A DNA stretch of 57,419 nt from Octopus sinensis. Taxonomy: Eukaryota. The DNA lies in assembly GCF_006345805.1 (NCBI RefSeq), contig NW_021834313.1, forward strand, positions 1 through 57,419, written 5' to 3'. Shown here one piece after another: positions 38,301-51,660 of this stretch. Within the stretch, counting starts at the first letter, position 1, and every line of letters begins with the position of its first letter. The translations under genes and the position numbers were made by a program. The notes under the pieces are model-generated. The model searched no databases. It had not been told where the DNA came from and saw only the letters and a list, made by a program, of their open reading frames with translations.

Positions 38301-38350
38301 CGCGTTATATGGTTTTAACAAAAGTATAGTACCGAAACGCGCGTCACGTG
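38301..38350 (+). ncRNA. Decayed minimal hammerhead motif
   Basis: CGCGU-[UAUAU]-GGU...ACC-GAAA-CGCGCG-UC-ACGUG: stems I-III intact, CUGANGA core damaged. Confidence 0.45.
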
Positions 38351-38524
38351 CCACGGAAAAATAAGCCAAACTCAGCCTTTGTTTTCTTATATGCATTTTA
38401 TATATCACTGTCAATTCGCTACAGCTACGTGATGTGATGTTGATAAGCTTCATAACTGGCGAAACATATATGTCCATCGCTCTTGAATGGGATTTGGTGT
38501 AAGTTGGATCACCTGTCTATGACA

Positions 38525-38831
38525 TACTCTTTTACTTCTTTCAGTCATTTGACTGTGGCCATGCTGGATCACCGTCTTTAGTGGAGAAAATCGACCCGAG
38601 GACGTATTCTTTGTAAGCCCAGTATTTATTCTATCGGATCCTTTTGCCGAACCGCGAAGTTATGGGAGCGTAAAGACACCAGCATCGGTTGTCAAACGAT
38701 TTTGGGGGACAAACACAGACACACAAACATACACACATGCACACACACAAACACACACACACACATAAATATATATATATGGAACCATGTAGTTGGTAAG
38801 CAAGCTACTTACCAGACAGCCACTCCTACAC

Positions 38832-38832
<1 letters not shown>
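38525..38832 (-). mobile_element. SINE family A with central deletion
   Basis: Tail at 38525-38730 and head (GGTAAGCAAGCTACTTACCAGACAGCCACTCC) joined through the internal microsatellite. Confidence 0.9.
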
Positions 38833-38862
<30 letters not shown>

Positions 38863-38944
38863 TACATGTACATACATACATACATGCATACATACATACA
38901 TACATACATACATACATACATACATACATACATACATACATACA

Positions 38945-39003
<59 letters not shown>

Positions 39004-39730
39004 TTGTGTATACATACATATATAAAATTTACTTTATCCGTTGGCAATCTATGCCGAAGGTTTATTCTGTTATTGAATCTCCAGAGTTGTAGACTATTAA
39101 ATATGCACAGAGTTACAAGGTGACTTACAGCAGCCAGGTTAGATATTTCTTGCGCATTTCACAATTGTAGAATATGCGTTCTACGCAATTCCATCATATT
39201 CGTCGTTCACTTCTAAATAACCTACACACCTCTACGTTATTTACTTACTCAACATACTTGTATCTCATCTACAATATTTTAATATATGGATTTCTGTATA
39301 ATCCCAACTCAATGTGTATTCACGAGGCATTTTTTGCCATTTGTTTTTCTCCTTGCTATACATAACATAGCATTCTTTCTGAGTGATAACTAGGAAATAT
39401 ATTACAGAGAAATAAACAATAAGTTAAATTTGAAACAGCGTAGCTTACGATACCCTACCTTTACATAAAATACAATACCAAAATATAACAAACCATATAA
39501 CAACATGATATTATAGAATATTAAAAAACCCAGCATAATATACTATACTGAAATATAATATAATGCAATACAATATAATATAATACGATATAATATAATA
39601 GAATAATGTTATAGAAAACGTTATAAATAATATAACCAAAAGAATTATTATATATTAAGAACAGAAAAACATGTATCTACACATATATGTACATAGTAGC
39701 ATAAATATATACATACATATGTATATACAA

Positions 39731-39769
<39 letters not shown>

Positions 39770-40612
39770 ATATGTATATATATATGTCTATATATATGTA
39801 TGTATTTATATATATATATATATCCACAGACACACAGACGACTCATACACATACATGCACACATGGATATACGCACAACTAGATTTAAATCTGTTTGTAT
39901 GGATGGATGTATATGTACATATAAACATGTTCATACATATAGTGTGTGTGTATGTGTTTGTGTGTGTATGCGTGTATGTGCGTGTGTGCGCGTGTGTTTG
40001 TGTGTGCGCGTGTGAGTGTTTGTGTGTGTATGTACTTGTATATATATATATATATATATGTAAAATATTCTAAAATGCATAAAACCAGAAGCTTCTAGTG
40101 AGAATGCTAACAAAGACTTTCCATATATTTTCTCTTATCCTCCATCACTCCCTCTGTCTTTAATCTCTCTCTCTCTCTCACACACAGTGTTTCTGACTCT
40201 CTCTCTCTTTCTCTCTCTTTCTCACCAACCCTTTCTCTCTTATCACTCTCACTCTTTCTCCCCATCTCTCCCTCTCTCTCTCTGCCTTCTTCTCTTTGTC
40301 ATACTTTACCATTTCATCTACACAGAATTCTACACTTCTTGGAAACGCTGTAGAATAAATACATAAATACATACAAGGCGTAAGAAATATATATTTTATT
40401 TCAGTGGCTTTCATTTTTGTTCTGGAAGTTAACATTTGGAACGGAATAGGTTTATGTCGGTGTGTGTGTGTGCCAATGTGTGCGTGTCTGACTGTATGTA
40501 CATGTATGTGGTTCCGTGTCCTTGTGTATCTATGGGTTTGTATAAGGGTAAGCACAAATATTTGTATGTATATACGTATACATACGTATATCTATAATAC
40601 ATACATGCAAAC

Positions 40613-40649
<37 letters not shown>

Positions 40650-40787
40650 TATAACTATGCGTCACATATACATAAACAGAGTATGCGCAAAAGCTTACAA
40701 ATATGCACACACACATATACGTTTGTCTTTGTTCGTGTGTGTGTATATATATATATATACATATACATATACATAAATGTACATACA

Positions 40788-40848
<61 letters not shown>

Positions 40849-41248
40849 CATATATATATACGTGTGTATGTATATATGGGGTAAGAATGTATGTGTGTGT
40901 ATGTTGATGAACGGGCGCGATAGTATAACTGTTTGTATGTGTGTGACTGTGGTATATACATAAATATATTTAAGCGATTATATGGACAGGAAAAAAACTA
41001 CTTTATATACAAGTTATATTGAAGCATGAATAATGTAAGCTGACGGAGAATTTAGTCAATAAGTGAAAATGTATTTGTATATATATATTTATATATGTGA
41101 TTATACACACACACACATGTATATATCCAAACACACACATGCATATATATACATATATACATATCTCTCTCTCTCTATATATATATATATATCCAAACAC
41201 ACACATACATATATACATACATACATACATAACATCACATGCATACAT

Positions 41249-41296
<48 letters not shown>

Positions 41297-41350
41297 TATA
41301 TAGAGAGATATATATATATCCAAACACACACATTCATATTATATCATACA

Positions 41351-41389
<39 letters not shown>

Positions 41390-41798
41390 ATAGATAGATA
41401 GATGTCAGTGCGTGTGTGTATATGTGTGTAATTGTATCCGTGAATGTGCATGCATTTGTGACATTGTTGAAACACACACACACATATATATATGTATATA
41501 TACACATATATATATAAATATAAAATATGCAGATATGTATATATATATATATATATATATGTGTACACGTATCTCTGTAATATTGTACCTATTTGTATAT
41601 ATTTACTGTGTGACTGCGTATGATTATATGCATATATAGGCTTAAATCCTATGCGTACACCTATGTATTTCTGTATATCTTTGTATGCATGCGTGTCTCT
41701 GAAAACGTTCATCCAATTATACATAAACACTTCCCTCTATATATAATATCAATCTATCTATACAACTGTCAGTGTTACGAACTGCTTGGCTGTCTCCA

Positions 41799-41865
<67 letters not shown>

Positions 41866-42214
41866 ATCTATCTGTCCATCCATCCGTCCATCCGTCCGTT
41901 TGTACGCCTGTTTGTTCATGGGTCCACACTTCAGTATTTGTGTTTAGTTGCAAGCGCATGTGTACGCATACGTGTATATATACTTGGGCATACGCCTGGT
42001 GTTCATGGACAGGGATGATCTTTTCTTCATCTCGTTGTATGGCTACTTGCAGTATAGTGTATTTCTTTCACTGGATGTATATGATAAAGATATAAATTTA
42101 AAATTATATAATCCTAAATATATAAATATATATATGTATGCATGTATATATATATATATATATACGCGTGTATGTGCGTGTGTTTGTGTCTCTGTGTGCA
42201 TGTGTGCATGTGTG

Positions 42215-42299
<85 letters not shown>

Positions 42300-42579
42300 T
42301 TATATATCTATCTATATATACATATATATGTATATATATATGTATATACACATACATACATAAATAATTACATACACATCTGGATATGTACGCATATACA
42401 AACTTACGCATACACAAACGTACATTGAAGACTAGTTATGCATTCTTATATTTCTATGTATAGGTACAGAGATATACTTGTAGATGTAATAATATATGCG
42501 TATGTAGGTGTAGGATTTGCGAAGTGTAATAAAGGAAAATATATCTGTATATATACCTATGTATATATCATATCTCATT

Positions 42580-42621
<42 letters not shown>

Positions 42622-42688
42622 CATGTGTTCTATAAAATTACTTGATTTATTTTCATATTCACACAGACAGACAGAGACCCTCACTGAT

Positions 42689-42723
<35 letters not shown>

Positions 42724-43226
42724 CATATATACACAGACGTAGATGCGTATATATACACACATATATGTATGATTTGCATTTATGAATACGTACCTATGTG
42801 TATGCATGCATATGTGTACTTACTCTTGTAGATTTTTCTGTTTCTAAATTTGTATGCCATTATTTATTGCTTTCCTTTAACTTACAAACACCTAAACCAC
42901 CCACACACACAAACATACGCATACAAACACACCACCACACAACAAATACATAGATTCATATACACACAAACACAAAAAACAAACACATGCGCTCATAAAC
43001 AACGTCGTATTTACACAAAGTATCAAACCAACACACACACATTATTCATCGCACAACCTCCACTTCTACATTCGGGAATTTACTATTGGTTTTTTCCCCC
43101 CCCTCAAAGATTCCCCATGTAAGCAGGATTGCGTTAGTAGAAATAAATCTATCTGATGCATGAGCAATGTTTAAACGTCAGTCAGTGCCATGTACCTAAA
43201 TACTTGCGGAAGGATGTATATATATA

Positions 43227-43275
<49 letters not shown>

Positions 43276-43366
43276 TATGTCTGTGTTGCGTGTATATATT
43301 TTATATACGTATGAATATACATGTATATACGGACATATATATATTATATATACATATATATATGCA

Positions 43367-43444
<78 letters not shown>

Positions 43445-43600
43445 CAGTATATATATATATATTCATACACACATCTCATGTATAACAATATTAATCTAAT
43501 CGCTTTTTGTGTACAATATGGACATACTTCTTCACGATTTCTAAGCATATATATTACATTTCGCACAAACACATACACACATATGTATATATTAATATCT
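38833..43600. repeat. Microsatellite-dominated zone: (TA)n, (TACA)n, (TCTA)n, (CT)n, (CA)n, degenerate (AATAT)n
   Basis: Directly visible, with short unique spacers. Confidence 0.9.
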
Positions 43601-45028
43601 AATGTATGATCGCAAACTGAGTTATAAAGAAATACGTTTCCGGCTTCATATCTATGCATTTAATAAAATTTCAGCCTCTTTGTGAAAATTGGTCCCCAGA
43701 TTAGGTCCCAGGCTTCACTGCAGTTTAGAAAAATGATTGAAAAGTCTTATATGGTCTTCCAAATAATGTATTTCATATATTCTACAGCTCTATTTCATTC
43801 GTATAGAAAGATGTGACTGGTTTCTGATGAATCTTATAAAAACCTGATTTTAATTACATGACTTATATGCACAACGTTACAATTGAAAGCCGCTGGAGAT
43901 ATAGTAACCTTCACAGTGTGAGGCAGATTATTTAACTACTTCTCAGATGCAGATCCCTACACACCTTGGCGATCAGTAATGTTCACTAGTTGATCCTGTG
44001 ATTCTAACTTATCTGGGTAAACCTAGATGTCTTGCAAACAACTTGCACATGCAAGTGCTACCAGTTAAAAGCTCCGTATACCGGAAGCTAGCAAGTGTAT
44101 GGGGTCACCAGGAAAGAATGCGCGCCGTTTCGGGGCCTACCTCTCGACGGCATCAATGCGCACCGGCTCCCCTCACTGATATGAGGCCCCGCTTGCTAGA
44201 TCAGCTGGTTATGAAGAACTCAATATACTTCTAGCCATCGCTCATCGTCTCTTTTTAACCAAATCGCTGGTCTCTGATCTCAAAAGCTGAAGTGGCAGAA
44301 AAGAGCAATGCCAGACGGACTGGCTATGAAGTTACAGCTTAAATAACAGTTGGGCTGACGACGACCTTGTACCCGTTTGGACACGTGATCTAGATATCAT
44401 TTCTCAGACTTGGATGGATCGTAATGAAAATTATACACTATATTTAAATTTTTCGTTTTGCTTTTAGGAGTGCAACACCTATTACTGGGGCTATCTTTAA
44501 TCTCCTTTCTGTCAATACCTCAAATCAAAAAAATGTTTACTTGGAAGAAAGGGGTTGGTATTATCCTTTGATGGAATCCATATACAATCATTATTTTGGA
44601 CCACAAAGCCCATAGAAACAGCTGTTTGATTCCTAAAACACTTATTAAACCCCATTAATTCCTGATATGATTTCCTTTCTGTGTAAATCGGACGATTTTA
44701 TAAGTAAACATATGTAGTACATTTTTAGTATTCAATTTATTCAATATTTTTGTATAACGACTTGCCTAACTTGTTTTTCCTTACATTTACACCTCTACCT
44801 GCTCAAGTTTAAACCTCTTGAGCATTACGAAGCGTATTCTATACGGAGAATATCTCTCCCACATCAACGAACACACAGGCGCACACATATGTATGTATGT
44901 TTGTATGTATGTATGTGGTTATATATATATACCTGTTGATTCACGAGTAAGCAGAAGCGATGAACTCTAGGAGTCAACACCAGTTGTAGGGGTATTCTTT
45001 AATACATTGAACAGAAAATCTCCGATGT

Positions 45029-45066
45029 CCAGCGCTTAGAGTTTCTCTTTCTCGATCATCAGCTGG
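45029..45066 (-). ncRNA. Hammerhead-like motif with damaged cleavage site
   Basis: Minus strand CCAG-CUGAUGA-UC-GAGAAA-GA-GAAA-CUCUAAG-CG-CUGG; canonical core but no NUH triplet. Confidence 0.45.
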
Positions 45067-45596
45067 TAAAGCCACCCCGGTTCTCTTTTGAATATCCACT
45101 GATTGAAAACTTTAAGAAAATTTGAAGGAAACGCTTATGATCTTTGATTTAAATTTCATAATTACGATTGTATGGGGTTCATGACGTTTGTAATAACATT
45201 ATCACGAGAACCAGAAATGAAATAAAATGCATGAGCTTGAAACAAACGTTTCTGCAGGTCTAGTTCACAAAGGTTTTTAAACTAAAGAACATAAGGTTAA
45301 ATATTTCATTCAATCTTTTATTGCATATTGCACAAAAATATTCAGAGAGTAAATATTCAGAGAAGAAAAAAAGAAAATAAGCGAAAAGAAAGCAGGCTCG
45401 GTTTACCAGTTTATTGAGGAAGTGAGCAACTCTGAGTTACTGGAAATGAGAGCCTTTCAGTTATAATGTACACATACACACGCACACACACACATACACA
45501 TACACACACTCACGCGCGCTCGCGCATACACACACTCAGGCGCGCTCGCGCTTACACACACACACGCTCCCACACACACACGCTTGCACACACGCG

Positions 45597-45627
<31 letters not shown>

Positions 45628-45917
45628 ATACACGCACATATGTCTGTATGTATATATATATGTGTGTCCATATAAATATATATGAATGTATATATATGCA
45701 TGTATATATATGTATATATTTATATGTATATATATGTATATACATATATATATATATGTGTATGTATGTATGTATATATATAAATGTTCTAAATCCTCAC
45801 ACCCTTGGTTTTTTATGTCATTCTGAAAAATGTTTTATATCTGAATATATATATATGCGTATACATATATATAGACTCATATGTATGTACACACACACAC
45901 ACCCACATATATATATA

Positions 45918-45961
<44 letters not shown>

Positions 45962-45983
45962 ATGTATGTATGTGTGTAGTTTA

Positions 45984-46054
<71 letters not shown>

Positions 46055-46439
46055 CACCACTTACGTATACAAATACAACTGTTTGTTTATATTGCTGACT
46101 CGATCATATTCATTTTACGACATCTAGTTTCACCCTTAAATGTATCAGGTAGTTTAGGCCAAGTTCTTTTATTTCACCTATATATACCGTGTAATGAAAA
46201 AAAGTATACAAAACAGGAAAGTAAAGACAAACAAAATAAAAAAAGATGAGGGAGAAAAATGAGTAACAAATACGAGAAACCTGTTTCGCTAGAAATGTAT
46301 TGAATTTTTAAGACGCGTTTTTTCATTGGTTGAAAATGTTTGGAGGTGTCTATGTTTGATCGTTGTGTGGAATAAGTGTAGTTTTGTCTGTGTAATTATT
46401 GAAACTGTCTGATGTACGTGTATGTTTGTTTTCGTGCGC

Positions 46440-47071
46440 TTGTTGGTAAGGTCTGATTGTAATTAATGTGTGGATTTATTAAACATGAAAGAAAGTGTTT
46501 TCCTTTGTGTTTTCATAAAACAAACTATTTTAATGGGTGGAATTAATACGAATTTTTTGAATTCGTTTGTATGCATTTATTTGGAAAAAGTCAAAAGATT
46601 ACTGTATAAGAGTGAGTCGCTCTGACGCTATTTCTAATTAAGCCACAAAATATTGTGTGAAAGGAAAAATGAAAAAAAGCAAAAAGAGACGGAAAGAAAT
46701 AAAAGTAAAAAAAAAACGTAGTTTTTGGTGATGATGTATTTGTAAGACGCGTGTTCTCATTGGTTCTCTCTGGTTTTCATTTTGGTGCTTGGAGACGGCG
46801 AGAAGTAACTCTATTCTCTCTGTTTACTCACACCCACACACACGCGCACACACACACGCACACACACACACACACACATATATATATAATATATGTATAT
46901 ATATAACATATATAATATATATATATATATATAAATATATATATACATACATATATATGTATATATATATATATTATATACACATATACACACGCATAAA
47001 TATATATATCTATGTATATACATATATATATATACATATACATACATACATAAACACATACACACACACAC

Positions 47072-47103
<32 letters not shown>

Positions 47104-47395
47104 ATGTATGTTTGTGTGTATGTGTGTGTTCGTGCGTGTGTGTATTTATGTATGTATTTGATACGTGTGTATGTCTGGGTGCCTGAATATCTTTTGAAGC
47201 GCTGTGTTGGTGATTAATGGGTGGAAGGAAAGAAAATATTTTCCATTGTGTTTGTTTTTGTAAATCAGCTATGTTGGGGCGGAAAATTAATCGAATTATT
47301 AAATTACTCTGTATGCATTTATTTGGAAAATTTAGATATTTGGGGTCATCACTTTGTCGTTATTGCTAATTAAGGGTTGAATATTACTTAGAAAC
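46440..47395 (-). repeat. Two diverged direct copies (~46440-46660 and ~47195-47395), probable PLE 3'UTR/pLTR tandem
   Basis: Shared TGTATGCATTTATTTGGAAAA, TTTTCC.TTGTGTTT and CTAATTAAG blocks; lie 3' of the PLE coding remnant at 47455-47680. Confidence 0.55.
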
Positions 47396-47454
47396 GAAAC
47401 AAAAATGTGTTATATCTATATTTATATTACTGTTTCTGCTATGACGTTCTGATA

Positions 47455-47680
47455 TTTAAGAACGTATTTACGCATGTGTGGGCATAAAGAGATTAATTCT
47501 GGGTGTGTATTCAAACTTTTGATTTGATTCGGTGTTTCCAGATTTCTAATTCTTCATTGGTGCAAATATTACGAAAATCATTTGATTGTGTATAAGTCGT
47601 TCCTTTATCTTAGGATAGCCAGTAAATATTGTAGAGAATGTTACAGAGAATATGTGCTATATGTTCTTCCAATACCTCTG
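47455..47680 (-). mobile_element. Penelope-like element ORF C-terminus
   Basis: YNIYWLS*DKGTTY..NICTNEELEIW..LNTHPELISLCPHMRKYVL matches the PLE C..C..EK..LN.R.EL.S.C.H..K..L pattern. Confidence 0.7.
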
Positions 47681-47699
47681 ACCTATACACAAAAATCTG

Positions 47700-47970
47700 A
47701 CTCTGTACGAGTATAGTTCCGCCAACAGTTTTCTATACCAGAGAGATGTGGAAGAATGCCGTCAAACTCGACAGAAAGCTACTCCCTTGTGTTTCATCAA
47801 AAATGCTTGACAAACGTTCTGAGAACGTACTGGTAAGATCACATATACAACGATGACATTCTAATGATGGCCAACCCAAGAAAACTTAGAGAACTCATCA
47901 CAGAACGAAGAGTAAAACTTCCAGGTCATATATTCTGGTTACCTGAACAAAGCCACTCTGAAAAAGAATT
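47700..47970 (+). mobile_element. RTE-clade LINE fragment (post-RT region)
   Basis: VFHQKCLTNVLRTYW*DHIYNDDIL..LRELITERRVKLPGHIFWLP. Confidence 0.75.
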
Positions 47971-47975
47971 TTCTC

Positions 47976-48143
47976 GGCGCAGGAGTGGCTGTGGGGTAAG
48001 GAGCTTGCTTATCAACCACATGGTCCTGGGTTCAACCCCACTGCGTGGTACATTGGGCCTTCTACTGTTGCCTCGGGCCGATCAAAGCCTTGTGAGTAGA
48101 TTTAGTAGACGGAAACTGGGAGAAGCCAGTCGTATATATATAT

Positions 48144-48199
<56 letters not shown>

Positions 48200-48348
48200 T
48201 GTGTGTATGTGTGTGTTTGTATGTGTTTGTGTGTGTGTGTGTGTATGTTAGTGTGTTTACGTCCCCGTAACTTAGTGGTTCGGCAAAAAAAAAAAACCCT
48301 AGAATAAGTACTAGGCTTACAAGGAATAAGCTCTGGGGTCGATTTGCT
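47976..48348 (+). mobile_element. SINE family A, intact 5' end
   Basis: GGCGCAGGAGTGGCTGTGGGGTAAG head, GGTTCAACCC B-box, expanded internal (TA)/(TG). Confidence 0.9.
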
Positions 48349-48424
48349 AAGCATTTTCTCCCGCGCTGTAAGAATTCTGTCAGTTCACCATCTTGGTTTT
48401 CTTATTTATATTAGGTGTGATATT

Positions 48425-48830
48425 AAGGCAGCGAAATGATAGAATTAATAGCACGCCGAGCAAAATGCTTAGTCGCGTTTACTTCATTTTCACGTTAAGA
48501 TCAAATTCCACTGAGATCGACTTTGCTTTTCATTCTTTCGAGGTCGATAAAATAATACCTATTGAACACTGGAGTCGGATCCGTGGAATAAGCTGCCGGA
48601 CGAGATGGTGAAGATGCCGACGACCGCTCTGTTCAAAGTCTCCCTTGACCACAAGTGGCCTGAACTCTTTACATGAACACCACTCTGTAAATAACTCCAT
48701 GTCCCCCTACATGGCCTTGCTTTTTTGCTTTTTGAGCCAAAAAATTAACTAACTAACTAACTAACTAACTAATCGACTTACCTCCTCTCCCTAATTTGCT
48801 GGCCGCGTACCAAAAACTGAAATTGATATT
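48425..48830 (+). mobile_element. SINE family B interrupted by a CR1 3' end
   Basis: SINE 5' part to ..CACTGGAGTC (48577), resumes AATCGACTTA at 48771. Confidence 0.8.
48578..48770 (+). mobile_element. CR1-clade LINE 3' end with (TAAC)n tail
   Basis: DPWNKLPDEMVKMPTTALFKVSLDHKW (WN.LP..FK..LD motif), short UTR, (TAAC)n. Confidence 0.8.
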
Positions 48831-49644
48831 AAATGTTGCATGTGCAGCTGACATTTTCCACCGATTACCTCTCTAAAAATGTCAATTATTTTTCACTATA
48901 TTGTTGTTGAAGGCTTATGGTGCTTCCAAGTTTTTCTTATTGTATTATGAGCAATCGATGGTAGGATAGTTGCAAAATTCATCACTGTTTAGCAGGTTTC
49001 TCTGTGTTAGGTTGACTTAAATATTTAGCTGTAATTAATTCCAGGAATAAATGGTTTCTTACAAGGTTTAAGTAGGTTTTGCCTAAATTGGTTTTAATTT
49101 ATCAGTTTTTAACCAAAGCACTTAAATTTACTGGATTAAAGCCTGCATTTTCCCAAGCTATCTGTCTTTTTATGCCAATCGTACTTAATGGTTTCTCAGA
49201 AACTGCTACATACCTGTACGTGATTACATATATTCCAAATGTGTTTTTCTTGCTCAAATTTGTGGATATATTTTTGATAACGCACGATAGATAATCGCAA
49301 TGGATGTCTCTCTCTAAAACTGAATCGCTGTTTTAATCTAGATAGCAATATTTTATCGATAACGTTAAATTTTAATTCGAATCAGTGGTTATATTACCGT
49401 TACCACTTATTGTAATTTCTAAGTATTCGCCATTATATAACTAACTCAGTTACGTATTACCTGAAGTCATTTGTTTATTTCCCGTTTATATTTTTTGAAG
49501 ATTAACAGACTGTTATCTCTATGTATTTCAGGATTATGATGTATAATTTATTGTGTATTAACTTCAAAGAGCATAATCCAATTACAATTGAAATCTCCGA
49601 GGAATCTCTGGCTTCTTTGCTTAGATGGAAGAATTCTCTACAAT

Positions 49645-50043
49645 TACTCTTTTACTTGTATCAAACATTTGACTGCGGCCATGCTGAAGCACCGCCTTTA
49701 GTCGAGCAAATCGACGCTAGGACTTATTCTTTGTAAGCCTAGTACTTATTCTATCGGTCTCTTTTGCCGAACCGCTGAGTTACGGGGACGTAAACACATC
49801 AGCATCTGCTGTGAAGCGATGTCGGGGGGGGGGGGGCAAACACAGACATACAAACACTCACACATATATATATATACATATATACGACGGGCTTCTTTCA
49901 GTTTCCGTCTACCAAATCCCCTCACAAGGCTTTGGTCGGCCCGAGGCTATAGTCGAAGACACTTTCCCAAGGTGCCACGCAGTGGACGTGAACCCGGAAC
50001 CATGTGGTTGGTAAGCAAGCTACTTACCACACAGCCACTCCTG
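49645..50043 (-). mobile_element. SINE family A, near full length
   Basis: Reverse complement of 51661-52073 over its whole length. Confidence 0.93.
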
Positions 50044-50089
50044 GAGTCGATTTGCTCGACTAAAGGCGATGTCCAGCATTGGAAGAAAG

Positions 50090-50778
50090 AAATGAACGAA
50101 CCAATGAATTTCTTTGCCACCTCACCTATAGCCAGGTAGGCAGCTACGATAGATTATATCAACATTGGGAAAGAAGATATAACACACGCCATAGATGAGG
50201 CGGACGCAAACTCAGCTGCTGGCCCTGATGGTTTCCCTGCAACCCTCCTCAAATCATGCAATCGTGCCCTAGCGAAGCCACTACAAATTCTCTTCCTGGG
50301 TTTTCTTGCGAATGACAAGCTGCCAAGCAAACTAAAGGAGGGAATAATATGTCCAATCCATAAAGGAGGAAGCAGAGATGATGCCAAAAAAGTATAGGCC
50401 CATCTCTCTGACTTCACACATCAGCAAAGCCATAGGACGAATAATCAGAGAGAAATTAATCGCCTTCCTTGAAGAAAACGACTTGCTGTGTGATGCCCAG
50501 CATGGTTTTCGACCAGGTAGGAGCTGCCTGACACAGCTCCTGCAGCACTATGACTGGGTGTTTAGGCAGTTACTCAACAACTCAAATGTGAACGCAATAT
50601 ACCTTGACTTTGCAAAAGCTTTTGATAAAGTGGATCCTGGTATGATACACCACAAACTGCGTGATCTTAGCTGGAAAACGTGGAGAGTGGTTACATGACT
50701 TTCCGAAAGATAGAAATCAGACAGTGGTAGTCAATGGTGTCACCTCAAGGGAAACACACATAGTGAGTGGTGTTCCAT
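50090..50778 (+). mobile_element. CR1/L2-group LINE reverse transcriptase fragment
   Basis: SAAGPDGFP..IICPIHKGG..YRPISLTSHISK..QHGFRPGRSCLTQLL..YLDFAKAFDKV..DRNQTVVVNG..SGVP, with frameshifts. Confidence 0.92.
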
Positions 50779-51189
50779 GTATATGTATATAAATTTGATG
50801 CAGTGGAATATTATATCAGTGACCAGGAAGCATTTGTTACATCGAATATTTTGACAGCAAACAATAAATGTTTAAGTAAAGTTAACGGGTTTTGTGAGGT
50901 TTTAAATGGCTGATATTTCTCTTCCACGCTGCAATTGTTGTAGTTTGAAGGCACTGTTTCAGAGCCTGGCAATGATCCTCCGAAATACTTCCATGCAGTT
51001 ATCTACGATGTTATAATGGACAGTTGAAACAACTAGTGTTGGAAGATTAGCAGTCAATTTTACGAAACTAGATGACCCTGCATTCTGTTCCACAGAGATT
51101 ATTTCAAGCCAACTCGTTATATATAAACATTAATTCTAATGTGTTATTCTAAAGATATTCTGGATATACCTAATGTGTTTGTCAAGTCA

Positions 51190-51400
51190 TACTACATTTT
51201 CAAATGTGTTTTTCCCTATTCTTCCCATTTCACTTTTTATTAGGTTAATGTATCCGGTTTTGAAGTTGTACTTATGATCCTCCATAGTAATGTAAGTCGA
51301 TTTTAGTGCGTGCATTTCTACACCGGAATATGTATTTTTCGCCTCGGGTTTTATAGAATTAAATGTACTATCTTCCATATTGTCGTTTTTAGTTTTGTTT
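51190..51400 (-). mobile_element. Penelope-like RT N-terminal remnant
   Basis: TYITMEDHKYNF..INLIKSEMGRIGK matches the PLE AFITLKDHK.NF..LINP.KSE.G.ISK pattern. Confidence 0.6.
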
Positions 51401-51660
51401 CATTTCTGAACATTCTTCATGGTACCTGACACTTTCTGCTGGAAGCTGTTTCACACTTTCTTGAACTCATATTTATCACAATTTTACTTATATTTGTTTC
51501 GAAAGGTTTGAGCGCTTTGTTACAAAGTGTGTATCTCCTGGTTTGGCTTACGTGCCTTGATTCTATTTCCCATTTTCCCTAATCATCTCTGTAAAAAATT
51601 CACCACCATTTTGACTAAAATTGCTGTGATATTCGTCGTGCGATATTTGTCGTATTTATA

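Noticed and set aside
44131-44230. HDV-like ribozyme
   Set aside because: A P1-like helix exists, but no P3/L3 directly precedes it and no GG for P1.1 follows
46305-46765. AAGACGCGT..TCATTGGTT motif twice, as a possible hammerhead 3' half
   Set aside because: GAAA spacing is wrong and no core or stems were found
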